A stretch of DNA of 64,000 bases from Octopus vulgaris (GCA_951406725.2 OX597817.1:131068001-131132000); one strand, 5' to 3'; counted from the first letter of the stretch, positions 15,608 to 30,348 are shown. Made by a program: numbers and translations. The notes: generated by a model from the sequence alone, not told the origin.

Positions 15608-15914
15608 ATATATATATATACATATATGTATACATACAGATATATATATATATATATATATATGTATACATATATATATTCATACATATGTATACATATG
15701 TATATGTATATACATATATACATATATATTCATACATATATATACATATGTATATGTATATACATATATACACACATATATATATATATACATACATATA
15801 TGCATATATATATATATATATATATGCATACAGATATATGCATATATACACCTATATATGTACATATATATATATACATATATTTAGAAATATATATATT
15901 AACATATATATATA

Positions 15915-18261
15915 CATCAAAATAAACAACAAGATATCAAGAGGTGATGGAGTACAGCCATTTCAAGCAACTCCATTTAATTGAACAACACAATCATTAC
16001 ATGAATTTAAATACAGGGCTATCTTCAGCTGCAAAAATAAATAGAATTTATTTAATCAGTCAGACTTATTTGTATAATTTTACTTAAATCCGCTAAGAAG
16101 GTAACAAGACAGTCAAAGTCCATGCTTCTAAGATATTAGGAAAAAAATTGTTAGGGTCATAGTTTTTCACTGATTTTTGTTCAGTTTTAATTTAATAGAC
16201 TTGTTTATCAAATCTTTGTATATTCAAATCTCAGACTAGAGAATAGTGTCTGTTAGGAAAGGGAATGAGTGAACTGTCAGAATCATAGTGGGTATAGTCA
16301 TAAACCTTGTTAAGATTATTTTGAAGTAGTATAAAGTATCTGGTTATAATGGGGCTGGATAATGGAAGACCTTAAGTTGTTAATTACCAGTTAAAGGGGC
16401 AAGACGCTAATAAAACCAATGATGATAATGCAGAGAAACTTTTATCATAGGGTACTATACATGATTGATTGAAACAATATTGTTATGTTGTATAAAGATA
16501 AAATTTAGGGTTATCAAGAAAAATATTATAACCAAAATATAAATTTTGAAAAGTTATTTTATATACCAAATTTTCAACAATAGAGAGAGAAAAAATTACA
16601 TAGAATTAGTTTAATATCCTGTCATATACTCAATCATTTATTTATTAGGTGGTATCTATAAAGTCTGAACACTGGCATTTACTAAAGAAATGCTGGGCTG
16701 ATATAACATGCTAACTGTATATTAATTATAATCTGAGAGGTATATTATAAGTTGTGAATTTACTGGTGCTATTATATACAAGCTAATATAAATTTCTAGG
16801 GGTACACAATTAGAAGGCTTACTTACATAAAGGCTATTATAAAAAAATAATAATATGATCACTAGGGTAGAACACCATAGAAAGGAATAAATAGTTTAAT
16901 CACTAAAACCATGAGGAAGTATATATATCATATTATCATCAATCGAAAGAGAAAATTATATAGAATTTTTTTAAAAATTCTATAATTTTACTTAATGATT
17001 TATTAATTAGGTGGTATCTATAAAGACTGATCACTGGTATTTACTAAAGAAATATTGGGGCGATAGAACATGCTAACTGCATATTAATTATTAGTTATAA
17101 AGTTTCCTGTGTTAATACATACATGATAATATAGTTTTCTAGGGGTACATAATTAGGAGGACTTACATAAAGGCCTTTATAAAAATAATATGATCAGAAG
17201 GGTGGAACACTACAGGAAGGAATACATAGTTTAATTACTAAAACCATGATGAAGTTAGACTAACTAGGTAGGAATATTCATAGGATAGTATAATAACTCC
17301 ATGTAGCACTCTAACTTACAATACTATATAACTTATATCATACACAGTGTACTTTAATTCCTCATGTAATTGAATATCACATGATTAATTTTATATATAT
17401 AATACTAGAGGGTAAATATTATTAGATACAACACCGAAAAAATCAAAAGTTAGTTTCCCTCAATTCAGCCCAAGCATAACACTTATAAAACGCTAATTTC
17501 GAAAATATTTCTAAGTACAGGTGACACTATGTACACATGATACCCTTAGGTCTAATCTATTGTGAATCAGGTTGCTCATGTCCTTATGCTTATAAATCTC
17601 ATATGTTTCCATAGAGCACAGCTCGCAACCGTATCTAAAATTTCTATAAGGCTGTGCTTTCCTCATTATTTCCCTCTTAAGGCTAAGCTCAATCCCGCTT
17701 TCCTTCAGTTCCCAAAACTTACTAGATAATGACGTACAGTTAGCCTTATGCTTACGTCTAAAAGAGGAAAAATGATTATAAATCCTTTTTTTTTTCATAT
17801 TAATCAAACATCCTATATATATAAAGTTACCAGTTATAGTTATGATTGTACATTTATAAATTACGTTCTGGGTAAGACATCGTCCTAATAACGGACAGTG
17901 GGACCTAACTCTACAATTGCAACTAGAAGAATTATTACTATTAATATTAGTATTATTGATATTCATATTGTTGTTATTATTATTTATATTCTCATTATTA
18001 TTATTAATCATACAACTACTATCGAGTGTGTTTATTCATGTCTGTGTCCATTATCTATCCCGCTTTCAACTGTAGTATCATTCAAATCTGCTTCAACATC
18101 AACAGGCATATCAATAATTTCTATGCTAGTATAGGCACCAGAGCTACTGTCTATATTGTGTATATTAGAAGTATTAACGCCACCATTTCTAATTTCCAAA
18201 TCACCATTAATGTTACTATTCTCATTGTGGGTGTTTATGTTATTGTTGACAGTACTGTTAC

Positions 18262-18339
<78 letters not shown>

Positions 18340-18885
18340 CACCTCTTGCTAATTTTATATTCTTATTTAATCTAGCTATGATGGTACCCATATTGGGAAG
18401 AGTAGAATACGAGATTGTAACTATCTTACGGGAAAAGATTCTGTTATATCCATGGGAATTAGGGAAGTTTTTTTCTAAACAAGCCATAAATTTCCTATAT
18501 ATGTTTGTGGATATGGCACTGTTGTAAGGAATATTCAACCAGACGAAGTCCTTAATTTCAAACTTACAGCGTAAGGGCGGGATCTAACTGTTCTATTACT
18601 GCCCCCTCCCCGAGTTTTGACTTGATTGTTAGATATGTCCCCATTTCCAGTGGTTTTAATATCTATGTAGGGAGGAGTAACCATTTCTTTCTCTTCACTA
18701 CCATCATTATCTAACTCAAGCTTCCCACCAGTTTTAGCATTTAATTTCCTGCTGTTGTTTATTTTATTATTGTTTAAATTGTTGGGTTTATGGAATGCTT
18801 TTCCATTTGGTATTTTTTCACAACTAAGTAGGTTAGTAGTCCCTCTATCACTCGGAATCTCTTTATTTCCACTATTAATATGTGC
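15915..18885 (-). mobile_element. Neptune-type Penelope-like element, 5'-truncated, with long 3' UTR and degenerate hammerhead (15949-16032)
   Basis: CNCRVRSHCPLLGRCLTQNVIYKC...FIYIGC...RIYNHFSSFR (Cys-rich linker plus GIY-YIG); upstream NIPYNS...ISYSTLPNM; minus strand gcag-CTGAAGA...GAAAT-ggct-GTA-ctcc. Confidence 0.85.
16583..17255. repeat. Diverged tandem duplication of about 340 bp inside the PLE 3' UTR
   Basis: 16583-16920 and 16946-17255 share attaggtggtatctataaag, acatgctaactg, tttctaggggtaca, ctaaaaccatga in the same order. Confidence 0.85.
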
Positions 18886-19839
18886 TATGTACGTATACAG
18901 TGTGTATAAAGATATGTGTGTGTTTGTGTGTGTGTATAGATATCTATATACTTAAGGATAGGTGGATATAGTAGTGTATGTATATGCTTACTAGGGTTTA
19001 ACTGTAGATATGTGTGGAGATGTGTGTGTAATTCTATGTATTTAATGCTGTGCATAACGAGGCATACTTGTATACGCTCAAGCATGTTAGCTTATATATA
19101 TGTGTGTATGAGTACGTGTATATACACACACATATACATATACTATAAACTTATAAAGCTAGTAACTTTAAGTGGTGGGTTTGTGTAAACTGACCATTCA
19201 TCACAACGATATCAAATTACAACCTCATTCAATATTTCAAGTAGTGGTCAAAATTAAGAAGTTATTTATGACCACTACCATCCCATGAAAGCCAAAATCT
19301 TATTCTCAGCCCTTTAGTATCGTATCTCTTTATCTCTTACTCTACTTCATATTCTCAATTCGTTTGTTTTTATATTCTTTTTTGTTACTTTATTCTTATT
19401 TATATGTGGATCTAACTTTATTATCCTTATTTTTACTTTTATTATTTTTGCTTTTATTACTCTTGTCTTTTGCTTCTATTGTCTTTTACTTCCAGTACTC
19501 TTACTCTTTATTTCTTATTTTTTATTGTTTTAGTTTTTAATTTTTAATTTTATTTTTTTCTCTCAATTTTTTTTCTTTCTATCTTATTTTCCTTCCTGTC
19601 TTATACAAGAAAATTAAATATAAACTCATTCCAATCTATTTAACATTCACTCTATGTTGACTGGTGATACAGTATGGGTAGATTTTTGAAACCCAATGAA
19701 TCTTTATACATTTATACAGTTAGGAAATTTTACAAATACACTTTTTCAAGGATATATGATAAACCTATTATAATAGGTAATATTGAACGTAATTTTGATA
19801 TTTTTTATATTGTGATGTAATTCTTTGGACTAAAAATGT

Positions 19840-19934
19840 TTGTGGCTGAAGAGAGCTTTAAACCATCTTTTATATCAATAATACACTGATGTAATAACAG
19901 ATTGTTTATAAAGCTTGAAACACGTGTACCGCGA
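19840..19934 (+). ncRNA. Type-I hammerhead ribozyme in a solo pseudo-LTR (about 19150-19970)
   Basis: ttgtgg-CTGAAGA(19846)-gagcttta...taaagctt-GAAAC-ACGT-GTA-ccgcga; stem III palindrome ACACGTGT. Confidence 0.88.
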
Positions 19935-20027
19935 TATCCATTGTGTTCTGTTTTTAATTTTATTTGATATATATATTTATATATATACACATACATATAT
20001 ATGCATATATATATATACATATATATA

Positions 20028-20081
<54 letters not shown>

Positions 20082-20221
20082 CACACACACACACATATAT
20101 ATATACATATATATATACGTATATAGACATACATATATACATATATACACATATATATGTATACATATATATATATATACATATATAAACATATATATAT
20201 ATAGCCATATATATATATATA

Positions 20222-23200
20222 TTCTTGTTTCAGCTCAGAGCTGCGGCCATGCTGATGCACCGCCGTTTTGTGCTACACTGTTATTACGAAGAACCTCCTC
20301 TAATATGTGGCACTTGGTGAAGAATGGAGTTTGATATAGCTACTCTCATTTGCACCTCTTGCCGTGAGGTAGGTTCATCTGGGACTCTCGACAGGAAGAT
20401 GTCCAGCTTTGATTTAAAAACCGCTACATCTACTTTGTGCAAGTTCGTCAGACTCTTTGGGAGAATATTAAAAAGCTGTGGGCCCTTGAAACCCAGGCTG
20501 TTGCAGAAGCTGGTCCTGAAGCGTGATGGCATTGCTGGGATCTTTGGCACTATGCAGTGTCGTCCCGTTCTAGCATTGGTGTAGCTTACAATGCCAAAAT
20601 TTGGCACAATTCCTTCCAGGATCTTCCAGACATATATTACTGCATACCTCTCCCGTCTTCTCTCCAGGGAGTAGAGTCTTAGCTGTTTCAACATTTCCCA
20701 GTAGCTGAGCTGTTGCAAGGAGACGATCTTCTTTTTGAATCTTCTCTGGATTGCTTGAAGGTCCGCTGTTAATTTCACACTGGTAGGTGACCATAGCTGT
20801 GAGCAGTAATTCAGGCGGCTGAGGACAAATGTCCGCCAGAGGACCACCATGGTTTCCTTATCTCTGGTTCTGAATGTTTTTAGGATCCATCCAGCCAGTC
20901 GTCTGCACTTTGTCGCCATCCTGGTAATGTGCACTTGGAAAGAGGTAGCGCAGGGCCAGGAATTTTTCAGCATTAAACTACATATTATTATCCTCAGCCC
21001 ATCTGTAGATTGAGTCCAACTCCTGCTGCAGGTGTGCAACATCGCTGGGGTTCTGTATTTTCTGCGAGACTTTCGTATCGTCTGCATAGACTGGCTATCC
21101 GGACATTTGAGGGCATATTTGAGAGGGCCACTATAAGAAGCAGTTTCCCAAGACAGTGCCCTGTGGAACACCACTCACTATTTGTGTGTTCATAGAGGTA
21201 GCTCCATTAACCACTACTGCCTGACTCCTATCTCTCAGGAAGTCATGTAACCACATAGTTTTCCAGCTATGCCGAGGTCACACAGTTTGTGGGATATCAT
21301 ACCATGATCCACCTTGTCAAAAGCTTTTGCAAAATCAAGGTAGATTACATCCACATTTGATTTGTTGAGTAACTGCCTCAACACCCAGTCATATTGTTGT
21401 AAGAGCTGGGTCAGGCAGCTCCTACCTGGTCGAAAACCATGCTGGGTATCACTCAGCAAGTTATTTTCCTCAAGGAATGCGATTAGTTTCTTTCTGACTA
21501 TCCTTCCATGACTTTGCTGATGTGTGAAGTCAGAGAGATAGGCCTATAGTTTTTGGCATCTGCTCTACTTTCCCCTTTATGTATTGGGCATATTATTCCC
21601 TCCTTCAGCTTGCTTGGCAGTTTGCCATTTGTAAGAAAGCTCTGGAAGAGAATCTTGAGGGGTTTTGCCAGGACATGCTTACACGCTTTGGGGAGGATTG
21701 CTGGGAAACCATCTGGACCAGCAGTTGAGTTTGTGTCCACTTCATCTATGGCTAGTAGGACATCTTCTTCGCTAATGTCAATACATTCTATTGTAACCGC
21801 CTCGCTGGTTATAGGTGAGGCCCCAAAGGAGTCCACTGGTTCGTTCACTTGTCTGTGTTCCAACGGGGTAGTAAAGACACTTTTGAACTGGTCATTCAGC
21901 GTCTCACTGATCTTAGTTGGACTGTCTGTGGGGGAGCCATTCTTTTGGATGAGGGGTTCTATCTTGTAGTGTACTGAGACTGTTTCTTTCACGTAAGAAG
22001 GCCTTTGGGTTTGATTTAATGTTTTTTATAACCCAGGCTTCTTTGTCTGCTTTCTTCATCACATAGGATTGTTGCAGCCTTTTTTCGATCTCCATCAGTG
22101 TTGTTTTTAGGTTGACGTTTCGCTACTTTTGGGATGTTGGTTGAGACGATTTGCAACCTTCGTCCGTCGTCTCATGAGGGTCTTCCTGTCTCTTGGAATC
22201 TTGCTCCTATTTATTATGGCCTTGTGCTCTGGGACATATTTCTGGCATACGGCTTGCACAGAAGACATGAAAGATTCTAGTTTCATGTCAATGTCTGGTG
22301 TGGAGAAACATTCCGGCCAGTCCTCTCTGAGGATCTCTTTTTGGATCGATTTCCAATCTGCTTTGTGGAAGTTCAGATTGGAGAGATTTTGGGTGCTTCT
22401 TTTAGGCTGTATGTCTCTGGTTACTTTTGGCCCAAACATAGACAGCTCTATTATGTTGTGATCCGAAACTAATGTCGGTGTCACTTTCACATCATGAATG
22501 ATGTCCATATTGTTCGTGAAGCAGCAGAGATCCAGAATGTTATTCGCCCTAGTTGGTTTGAGTACAACTTGCTCCACGAATAAGGCGTTGGTGAGGTTGA
22601 GCAGGGACTCCACCTGTACTTGCTTGGATTGATTCATTCCTGAGAGTATGAGACCTTCGGGCCATTTGACCACGGAGAAGTTGAAATCACCCACAAGAAA
22701 TATGGTCACTTGGTGTTCCAGATTCATGAGGATTTCTTTAATTCTTGTGAGGCAATCTTCAAACTTGCCTATGTGGTGTGGAGCATCCGGTGGGCAATAT
22801 GTATTGCATATGACTATATTATGTTGTCTTATGTATACAATTAAAGTGTCACATACCGAATTTGAGTGTCATTAGGACCTGGGGTGTGAGGTCATCTCGG
22901 ATGTATACAGCAACTCCACCATGGCTCCTTTCCCTTCTGTCTGTTTGCAGTATGGCATAGTTTGGTATGTGTACTTCTGCGTCCTCTATATCAGGGCTGA
23001 GGTGAATTTCTGAGTTCTATGCATAGGGCTTGATTGCATGCAGTAAGATCTCTCAGGAATGAAATTTTGTTTCTATTTTGATGCAACAGGCCCCCAATAT
23101 TTAGTAAAAGTAATGGGGTGACGGCTGTGCAGGCATTAGGGGAGGCCATCCCGTATCTGTTGACTGGGGTTATCTTGCATAGTGGTGGGTAGGGTTGCTT

Positions 23201-24022
23201 CTCTGTGCTTGGTGTAGCCAGGTTAGCTGCCGGACAATTCTTTGCGCCATGCATAAAAAAGACTCTTGCTCAGCTGCTGCGTTGCGCAGAACATCTGAGG
23301 AGCACGCTTCTTTTCTAAAAGTTTTCCTGAGAGACATTTCTTGTCTTCCATCAGTAAAGCTCTTCTCTTTGAGTCCCCTGAAGTTCTGGCGGGGTGTCGG
23401 GTGGGCGAACCGGCAGTTTTTGCCGTCCTCCCCATGCCAACATTTGCCCCGCAGGTAGAATTTACAGGTTCTTCGGTGCCTTCCAGATTTCTTCTTTCCT
23501 GAAGTGTACTGGGTGGCATCGGATCCTCCATGGGGTTCTCTGCTGTTTGTGTGGTGGGTTGGGGTTTCAGCTTTGATTGTTTGCCTTTTCTTCCCTTTCC
23601 CTCCTTATTTTTGTTTTCGGTCCTTCCTTTTTTCTTCTGTTTTTCTAATTTCTCATTTCTTTGTAGGACCACTGGTACAGGGGGGCTTCCGGTTTCTTCT
23701 CCCTTGGCTCCCCTATCCTTCACTACCTGGTCGTTCACCGGGGTAGGAGATCCATTTTCCTGAGGAACACCTGGATCACAGAGACTTCCGGATTCCTTCT
23801 CTTTTTCGTCCTCTTCATCCTCATCAGCCTTGCCTCAATAATTTTCAATTATGTTATCCAATGTTTTGATGTGTGGTCTTATAAGCATGTAAGACGGGAT
23901 AAATTCACCTTTTTTTCGTTCTATTTGGTCAATGGTTCTATGAAATCCATTGTTCTTAAGCGCGGCAGTGATGATGTTGTTCGGCGGATCGCCACTAGCA
24001 ATCGTCCATGCTCTTAGCATAG
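20222..24022 (-). mobile_element. Near-full-length degraded CR1/L2-like LINE (ORF1 remnant with CCCH finger, APE, RT)
   Basis: TCKFYLRGKCWHGEDGKNCRFAH at 23401-23469; GDFN and SDH endonuclease motifs; NYRPISL, YLDFAKAFD; many frameshifts; 3' UTR ends in the SINE-shared tail. Confidence 0.92.
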
Positions 24023-24023
24023 C

Positions 24024-24085
<62 letters not shown>

Positions 24086-24091
<6 letters not shown>

Positions 24092-24234
24092 AAACAAGTC
24101 AAAAATAGAAAATGCTAAGATAATTTTATAGTGAATCTATAAAATTATTTCACTATAAAATTATCTTAGCATTTTCTATTTTTGACTTGTTTTTTCATAT
24201 ATATCAACTCGTGTGTTCCTTTCCACCCTTATAC

Positions 24235-24235
<1 letters not shown>
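24086..24235 (+). mobile_element. Short fold-back element in (TA)n, same family as 171-260
   Basis: gaaaaaacaagtcaaaaatagaaaatgctaagataattttatagtgaa followed by its reverse complement, then a short tail. Confidence 0.85.
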
Positions 24236-24297
<62 letters not shown>

Positions 24298-24802
24298 AGT
24301 ATTGTCACGATCAGGCAAATTTTTAGGTATAAAAAAAAGTGAACTTCTGAACGCAACGACCAAATTGTAAAATCAGTGGATTAACAATCAAGAATGAAAT
24401 TGTAACAAAAACGTATTTTATATAAGTCAATTAAAAAATATAATTGATAACTTAGCGATCCATTTGCAAATAGATAAATATCCAAAGAATTTAATGTCCA
24501 GTACTTGATTGTTCAAAGATATGGTGTAAACGGTCCGATCCCTGTTCAGCTTTCTTTTTCTCTTCCTCTTTTCTATCCGTTAAACGCCAATCCGTTAAAA
24601 AGAGAACAGTTGTCAAGGCAACGTCATTTCAACTCTCATCACAAAACACTTATCTCCCTTCAACCAGATTTTGAAGCTTCAGTCAGAAAGCATTCTAAGT
24701 TCTCTCCCTTCATTATATTTTCTCATTTGCACTGATTATAGATATACATAACACTATATATACATATATATATATAAATAGATATATGCATATATATATA
24801 AG

Positions 24803-24874
<72 letters not shown>

Positions 24875-25599
24875 TATATAAGTATATATATATACATATA
24901 TGCATGTATATATGCATATTTATATAAATATATATAAATAGATATATGCATATATATACATATATATATACATATATATATTTATAAATATACAATGATA
25001 TAAATTATATATAGATATATACATATATACATATATATATATGTACATACCCAGATATATATGTATATATACATGTATATATGGGTACAGGACACCAAAG
25101 AAAAACGTTGAACACAATGAGAAACGAAAACATAAAAACAAAAGCATAGAAGCTAATTTTTTTCAAACAACGAAAAAAACAGAGAAATAAGACATACAAC
25201 ACAAGGAATATTCCCCTTCTTCAGTTGTCCCTGTTTCGTCTACTCCGCGTTACGAATGTAAGGACAAGACGCGGCTTCGTTGAAACATCCTTCCCGCAAA
25301 GCAAATTAAATAAAGTTTGGGATTTTTTGCGGAGGGTGAAAGAGGTAACAAGAACAGGACAGCGAGAACAAAACAGTAAAAACAATAAAAAAGTAAAAAC
25401 AGTAAAAGACAGAACAATGAGAACAAAACAGTAAAAACAAAACGATGAGGTCTGTTAAGCCAAGACAAGTACCCATATATACACTCACACACACAAATTT
25501 GTGTACATAGACATAGATACACACAGGGTATCTATACAGGATGTTAACATTTAAGATATTGCATGAATTCCTAGTAACTAAATTTTTCTGTGATGTTTA

Positions 25600-27400
25600 T
25601 ATCACTAGACACTGTCATCTCCATCAACAGGCATGTCTTTTGGCTTTGGTTTGTGATGGCGATGTGTGTCTGTTGGCATTTGTTTGCATGTATTTATGTA
25701 TCCCATAATTCCATAGGACGGTGACATTCTCTCTCTGAGTTCTTAGGGTGCGCGACACCATTGTGACGGCATTCGTTCCAGTGTAAGTATTGGCCAACTC
25801 GGTCATCCCTGGTTTTATATTCTGTTGGTGCAAGGACTGAGCCACTGGCAACAATGTGGTCAATACTATCTATACTATGTCACTGTAGAGTTTATACTTT
25901 GTGTCTATTTCATTGTGATTGACGTTCGCTTGATAGTTATGGGTGAGGAGACTTTGATCATGTGCTACTTGGAGAAACCTTTCTGTTTCGGCTTTCACAC
26001 TAACACACTGCAGCCACTGATGGCTTCTTATATCAACATCAGCTTCCCAATTTCTCCCAAGATGTTGCCCATGCAATGACTTTTCTTTCCAACGTCTTGA
26101 TATTTCATACGAGCATTCCTATTTGGCTCTTGTCTTATACTTATTTGCTGCCTTTATGGGATCTGTAACCTCCTTCTCAAGATCATTATCAGGGAGGGTC
26201 AGCTCTCGTCTGCATTTATACGCCTTCTTTGAGATTGAATGCAGTTCCTTGATCAGTTCGTGTTGTTTTTATTTTCCAGCTGTGTCATCCAGTCGGTGTT
26301 ACCTTGGATGTACACTTCAACTGCTATCTTGGTCGTCTTATAGGATATTTCAAGTTGGACTAGGTCTCTGCCAATTTCTTTTCGTGGGAGATAGAGCCGT
26401 CGGACGTCGGATTTTGGGTGGTCCGCCCTGTTTAATATCAGCAGTTTCCTAGTCTTTATGTCTATACGCTCGAGTTCACTCAGCTTCCATTTGATGACAT
26501 TAATGGACAACTGATACCGCCAGGGAGTTTGTGAACGCAAATCAATTCTGAGAGTTCAGTTCTCTATTCAGAACCATATTGATACGTCTATAACACTCTT
26601 TCCTGATGTTCTTTCATTGAACCCCTTTCTCTTCGTGTATCGCAAGATACTTATAGGAGCCGTCTTGTTCCAGCTCCTTGATAGCTGTAGCACGATCAAT
26701 TTGTGTGGCGGTATTTGCAATCAGTTTGCCACGTTTGATCGACGCTTTTGCACACTTGTCAATGCCAGGTTCCATATTGATGTCATCACTGAATTTTCTC
26801 ACAGATACTCGCGGCCCTTTCAGATCCTTGTCATCTTTCGCGTATAATTTCATATAAGTGTGAGATGATCTTGTCCAACATTTTACATCGTAGATTGTTC
26901 TATTCAGCTCGTCGGACAATGGAGTGAGTGAAGGACAGAAGAGAACAAGTGTGATTGAATCACCCTGGAATATTCCACGATCACTTGATTTTCTCTGAGA
27001 CATACAAGCCTCTTTCTTGGTTGAGAAATAATTTTGTGTTCTCAGTCGCACACTGTACTGCAGAAAACCTTTTCAGAAAGGAGAGGCCTTGTAGATATCT
27101 AGTGCTGTCAGAGACCTTATGATAGTGAATCCACACTGTGCTACGAATTCTTTTTTCGGAAGAGCAATTTTCGAGTATCATGCAGTTTATTTATAGCTGG
27201 TCTTTGCAGCCGAATGCGTTTCTTTTGCACCATTTTTGTTCAAGAGGAACAATGTTGTTTTCATAGAGAAATTGATACGTTCTCTTAGGAGAGATGCAAG
27301 TATTATGAACATGGTCATGAAACAAGAGATAGCCCAGTGGTTTTTTGGGGTTTTGTGTCGTCCGTAGGAGGGAGTAGGAATGTTATCACTAATGTTAGCG
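25600..27400 (-). mobile_element. Degraded R4/Dong-like non-LTR retrotransposon fragment
   Basis: RGIFQGDSIT, MKLYAKDDK, HPKSDVRRLYLPRKEIGR, KAETERFLQVAHDQSLLT. Confidence 0.85.
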
Positions 27401-28135
27401 ACATTCGTCTGTCTTCACTTTCTGAGTTCAAATTTTACCGACGTTGAATTTGCCTTCCATCATTTCGACGCCGATAAAATAAGCACCACATGAACACTAG
27501 GATAGATATAATGAACTTATACCCTCACTAGTAACTGCTTGCCTTTTACCAAAATTCGGAACCATTTTTATTATTAGCATTATTATTGATATTTTATATG
27601 GCAGAATCGTAAGAACGCCGGGCAAAATACTTAGCGGCATTATGCTAAGAAGCTGTCACAGCATGTGGCATCCCATATGAGGGTTCTGTCAGAGCACGGG
27701 AAAATTGTCATTCTGTCAGGCCTCTTCCTCTCCCCTCTGACGTGTCTTCTTACCTCGAGATGTTAACGCATTTTGAAGTGAATAAGATAAATACCATTGA
27801 ATCATTTGGGTCGGTCTAACCGTCTTTTGTCCTCCCATAAACTACGGGCCTTGTGCTAATATTTGAAACCAGAATCGTTACCACGCCGGTCAAAATACTC
27901 AACGTCATTTCATCCGTCTTTATGTCCTGAGTTCACATTCTGCTGAGGGCGACTCTGCCTCTCATTTGTTCGGTGTTTGAAAATAGGTACTAGGTGAAAA
28001 TGGGATCGATCTAAACGACTTAGCCCCTCCATTCAAACTACATGCCTTGTGCCACAATTTGAAACCATCGTATGTCATGTTTTAACTGAGATATTTTCAT
28101 TTCTGAACTGCTGACAATTCTTTAATTTTCAGATA

Positions 28136-28178
28136 ATGGAAAAGTTTGCAGTAACCCTGTTTTTGATGATACTCCTGT
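28136..28178 (+). CDS. Signal-peptide exon (first coding exon) of Ig-like gene
   Basis: tttaattttcag acceptor at 28132, ATG at 28136, MEKFAVTLFLMILL plus 1 nt, T|gtaagt donor; phase 1 joins in frame to 41642. Confidence 0.7.
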
Positions 28179-28234
28179 GTAAGTTAATATTCTTTAATTA
28201 TTCTCCCAACATTATATTCGTTTCATTTTCCCCT

Positions 28235-28720
28235 TTTACTTGTTTCATACATTCGACCGCGGTCAGGTTTTGGCAACGCTTTCAAAATCTTCTAATTTAA
28301 TGAAGTACTTTTATTCAATTAGTCCTCAATGCTTAATTTTGTGCTGCTACGAACAAACTTTCTGTCTCAGCCTTCATATCTGCAATCATAACCATGTCTC
28401 ACTGCTACTATTTCTTGCAACCCTCTTTGGGAATCTGTCATGCAATGCCTTCTCTTGCAAGTTCCTTCTTTCTCTGGTTTTTAATTTCCTTTGGATTTTG
28501 GTTTCTCTACCTCCTACTATTAAACTAACAGTTTCTAATGAAATATTTTCCACTAGTTTCTAAATAAGAGTCTATATCTAATCTAGCAAATTCCACACAT
28601 TCTTCTACTGATATTAACCCTCTGTCACATTCTTCCCTGGGTAATCCTAATCTTTCTCCTCCTACTCTTGGGGAAATTCACAATTCATATCGAATTCTTT
28701 CCAATTTCCTTTGTCGAAAT
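28235..28720 (-). mobile_element. Old R4/Dong-like fragment
   Basis: Minus reading RLGLPREECDRGLISVEECVE and KAETESLFVAAQ. Confidence 0.65.
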
Positions 28721-29389
28721 TTTCTGCATACAAACTGAGCTCTCTGCATACAAACATTGCTAGTAGCGCAGTTTCTTAAGGCTAATAGATCTGTATTCGT
28801 CTGTATTGTTTTTGTTGATACATTTATATCCGAGCATAGTTTTTTTTGTGGTGTTTTTAAACTTATGACTTGTTCACTCTGTGTTAGTTTGAAAAGAAAT
28901 TGTTGTTGCCTCGTTTGTGACACAAGTTTTCATATGCGTGAATGTTTGTCCTGTAAATTTCCCGTAGTTGTGTAAACATTGAGATGTATGTGTAGTCCTA
29001 TGGGTATCAAAATGTATATATGATTGAGTAGACATTCCAGTGTATGCGTAATTACACAATTTATGGAGTACTATTTTGTTCCATTCTATTTTATAATTTG
29101 TAAACTTTCCGGTGTTGATATCGCACGTGTGTTTCGCACATGTTTCATTGAGACACCGTGCGTAGGAGAAACTGTGCTTTGTATGGCAGTAAAATTTGGG
29201 TTTTTTGAAAAAATTTTTTCATTAAAAAACCGCTTCCTGCAAGTCTTCCACGGGTTCCTTTATCCAATTCTATCGATGTTATTAGATTAGATTTGTTTTT
29301 GAATGGGAAGCCCGGTGTAGCTGGGTATGACGGAAAGTGTCAGCTGCCCGGAGCCAGCAGATTAAGGTGACGCGTATTTACTGGCCATC

Positions 29390-30150
29390 TTTCAAGAACC
29401 TTGCGAAGAAATCTAGCAGTTTTAAACAATGCTGACGTTTTTAGATGTTCTACCTTCACACTTGCACCATGCTTTTTCGTCAAAGTTGTTTAGTTTTCTC
29501 CTCTTGTTTCCCATTGACCCTGTTGTCATCGGAGCATGTCATCTGTCGATTATCATGCAGGTTTTTCTTCGCTTTTTACTCACCACAAGAATGTCCGATT
29601 TACGATGTCTGGACAGGTTATCGCACTGGAACATTTTATCCCACAGGATTCTGCAGTTTTCCTTCTCGGTGACCCGTTGTGGTATTTGCAAATGCCACGT
29701 CTTTGCTCTTTGCAGGCTGTGATTTCCACTCTCAGCTTCTTTTGCTGGGTATGATGGAAAGTATCAGCTTTCAATTAGTTTAATCAGTTCTCTATTAAGT
29801 AATTCTATCCCTCTTAGGATCCGTACCTTCCCTCTTTTCAGGAACATTATAACACACTTCAATTCTAATATCATAACAAAAACAGTGAACTGTTTTCACC
29901 AAAGAACTCACTTGTGCTTCCACTTTGCCATACAGTTTCAAATTATCCATGTAGTGGATGTGGCTAATTGATTGCGATTTCCCCTTTAGCTGATATCCTA
30001 GGTTCATTTTCCTAAGAACCGAGGTCAGCGGGATGATGTAGAGAACAAAAAGCAAAGAAGATAGGTTATCGCCTTGCACAATCCCTGTTCTGATGCCCAG
30101 AGCGCCGAAGCATTTTTCATACTATGCCCACTCATTTTTACACCCCACAA
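29390..30150 (-). mobile_element. R4/Dong-like fragments (RT core and restriction-like endonuclease end, internally deleted)
   Basis: QGDNLSSLLF, SHIHYMDNLKLY; ENCRILWDKMFQCD...KSDILVV. Confidence 0.75.
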
Positions 30151-30308
30151 TACTACTCTTCAGAAAACAGGTGAATTCCTAGTCTTGTATTGACAAGGTT
30201 GGGTCCTAACCACATAGTTGCGGGTTCAGTCCCGATGCGTGGTAACATCGGGCCAACCACACACTTGTGAGTAAATTTCGGAGAGGGAAACTGATAGAAG
30301 CATAACAT

Positions 30309-30347
<39 letters not shown>

Positions 30348-30348
30348 T

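Noticed and set aside
25085-25480. Pseudo-LTR-like repeat with minus-strand CTGAAGA and GAAAC-like strings
   Set aside because: Motif order and pairing do not give a valid hammerhead; probably PLE-derived but unsupported
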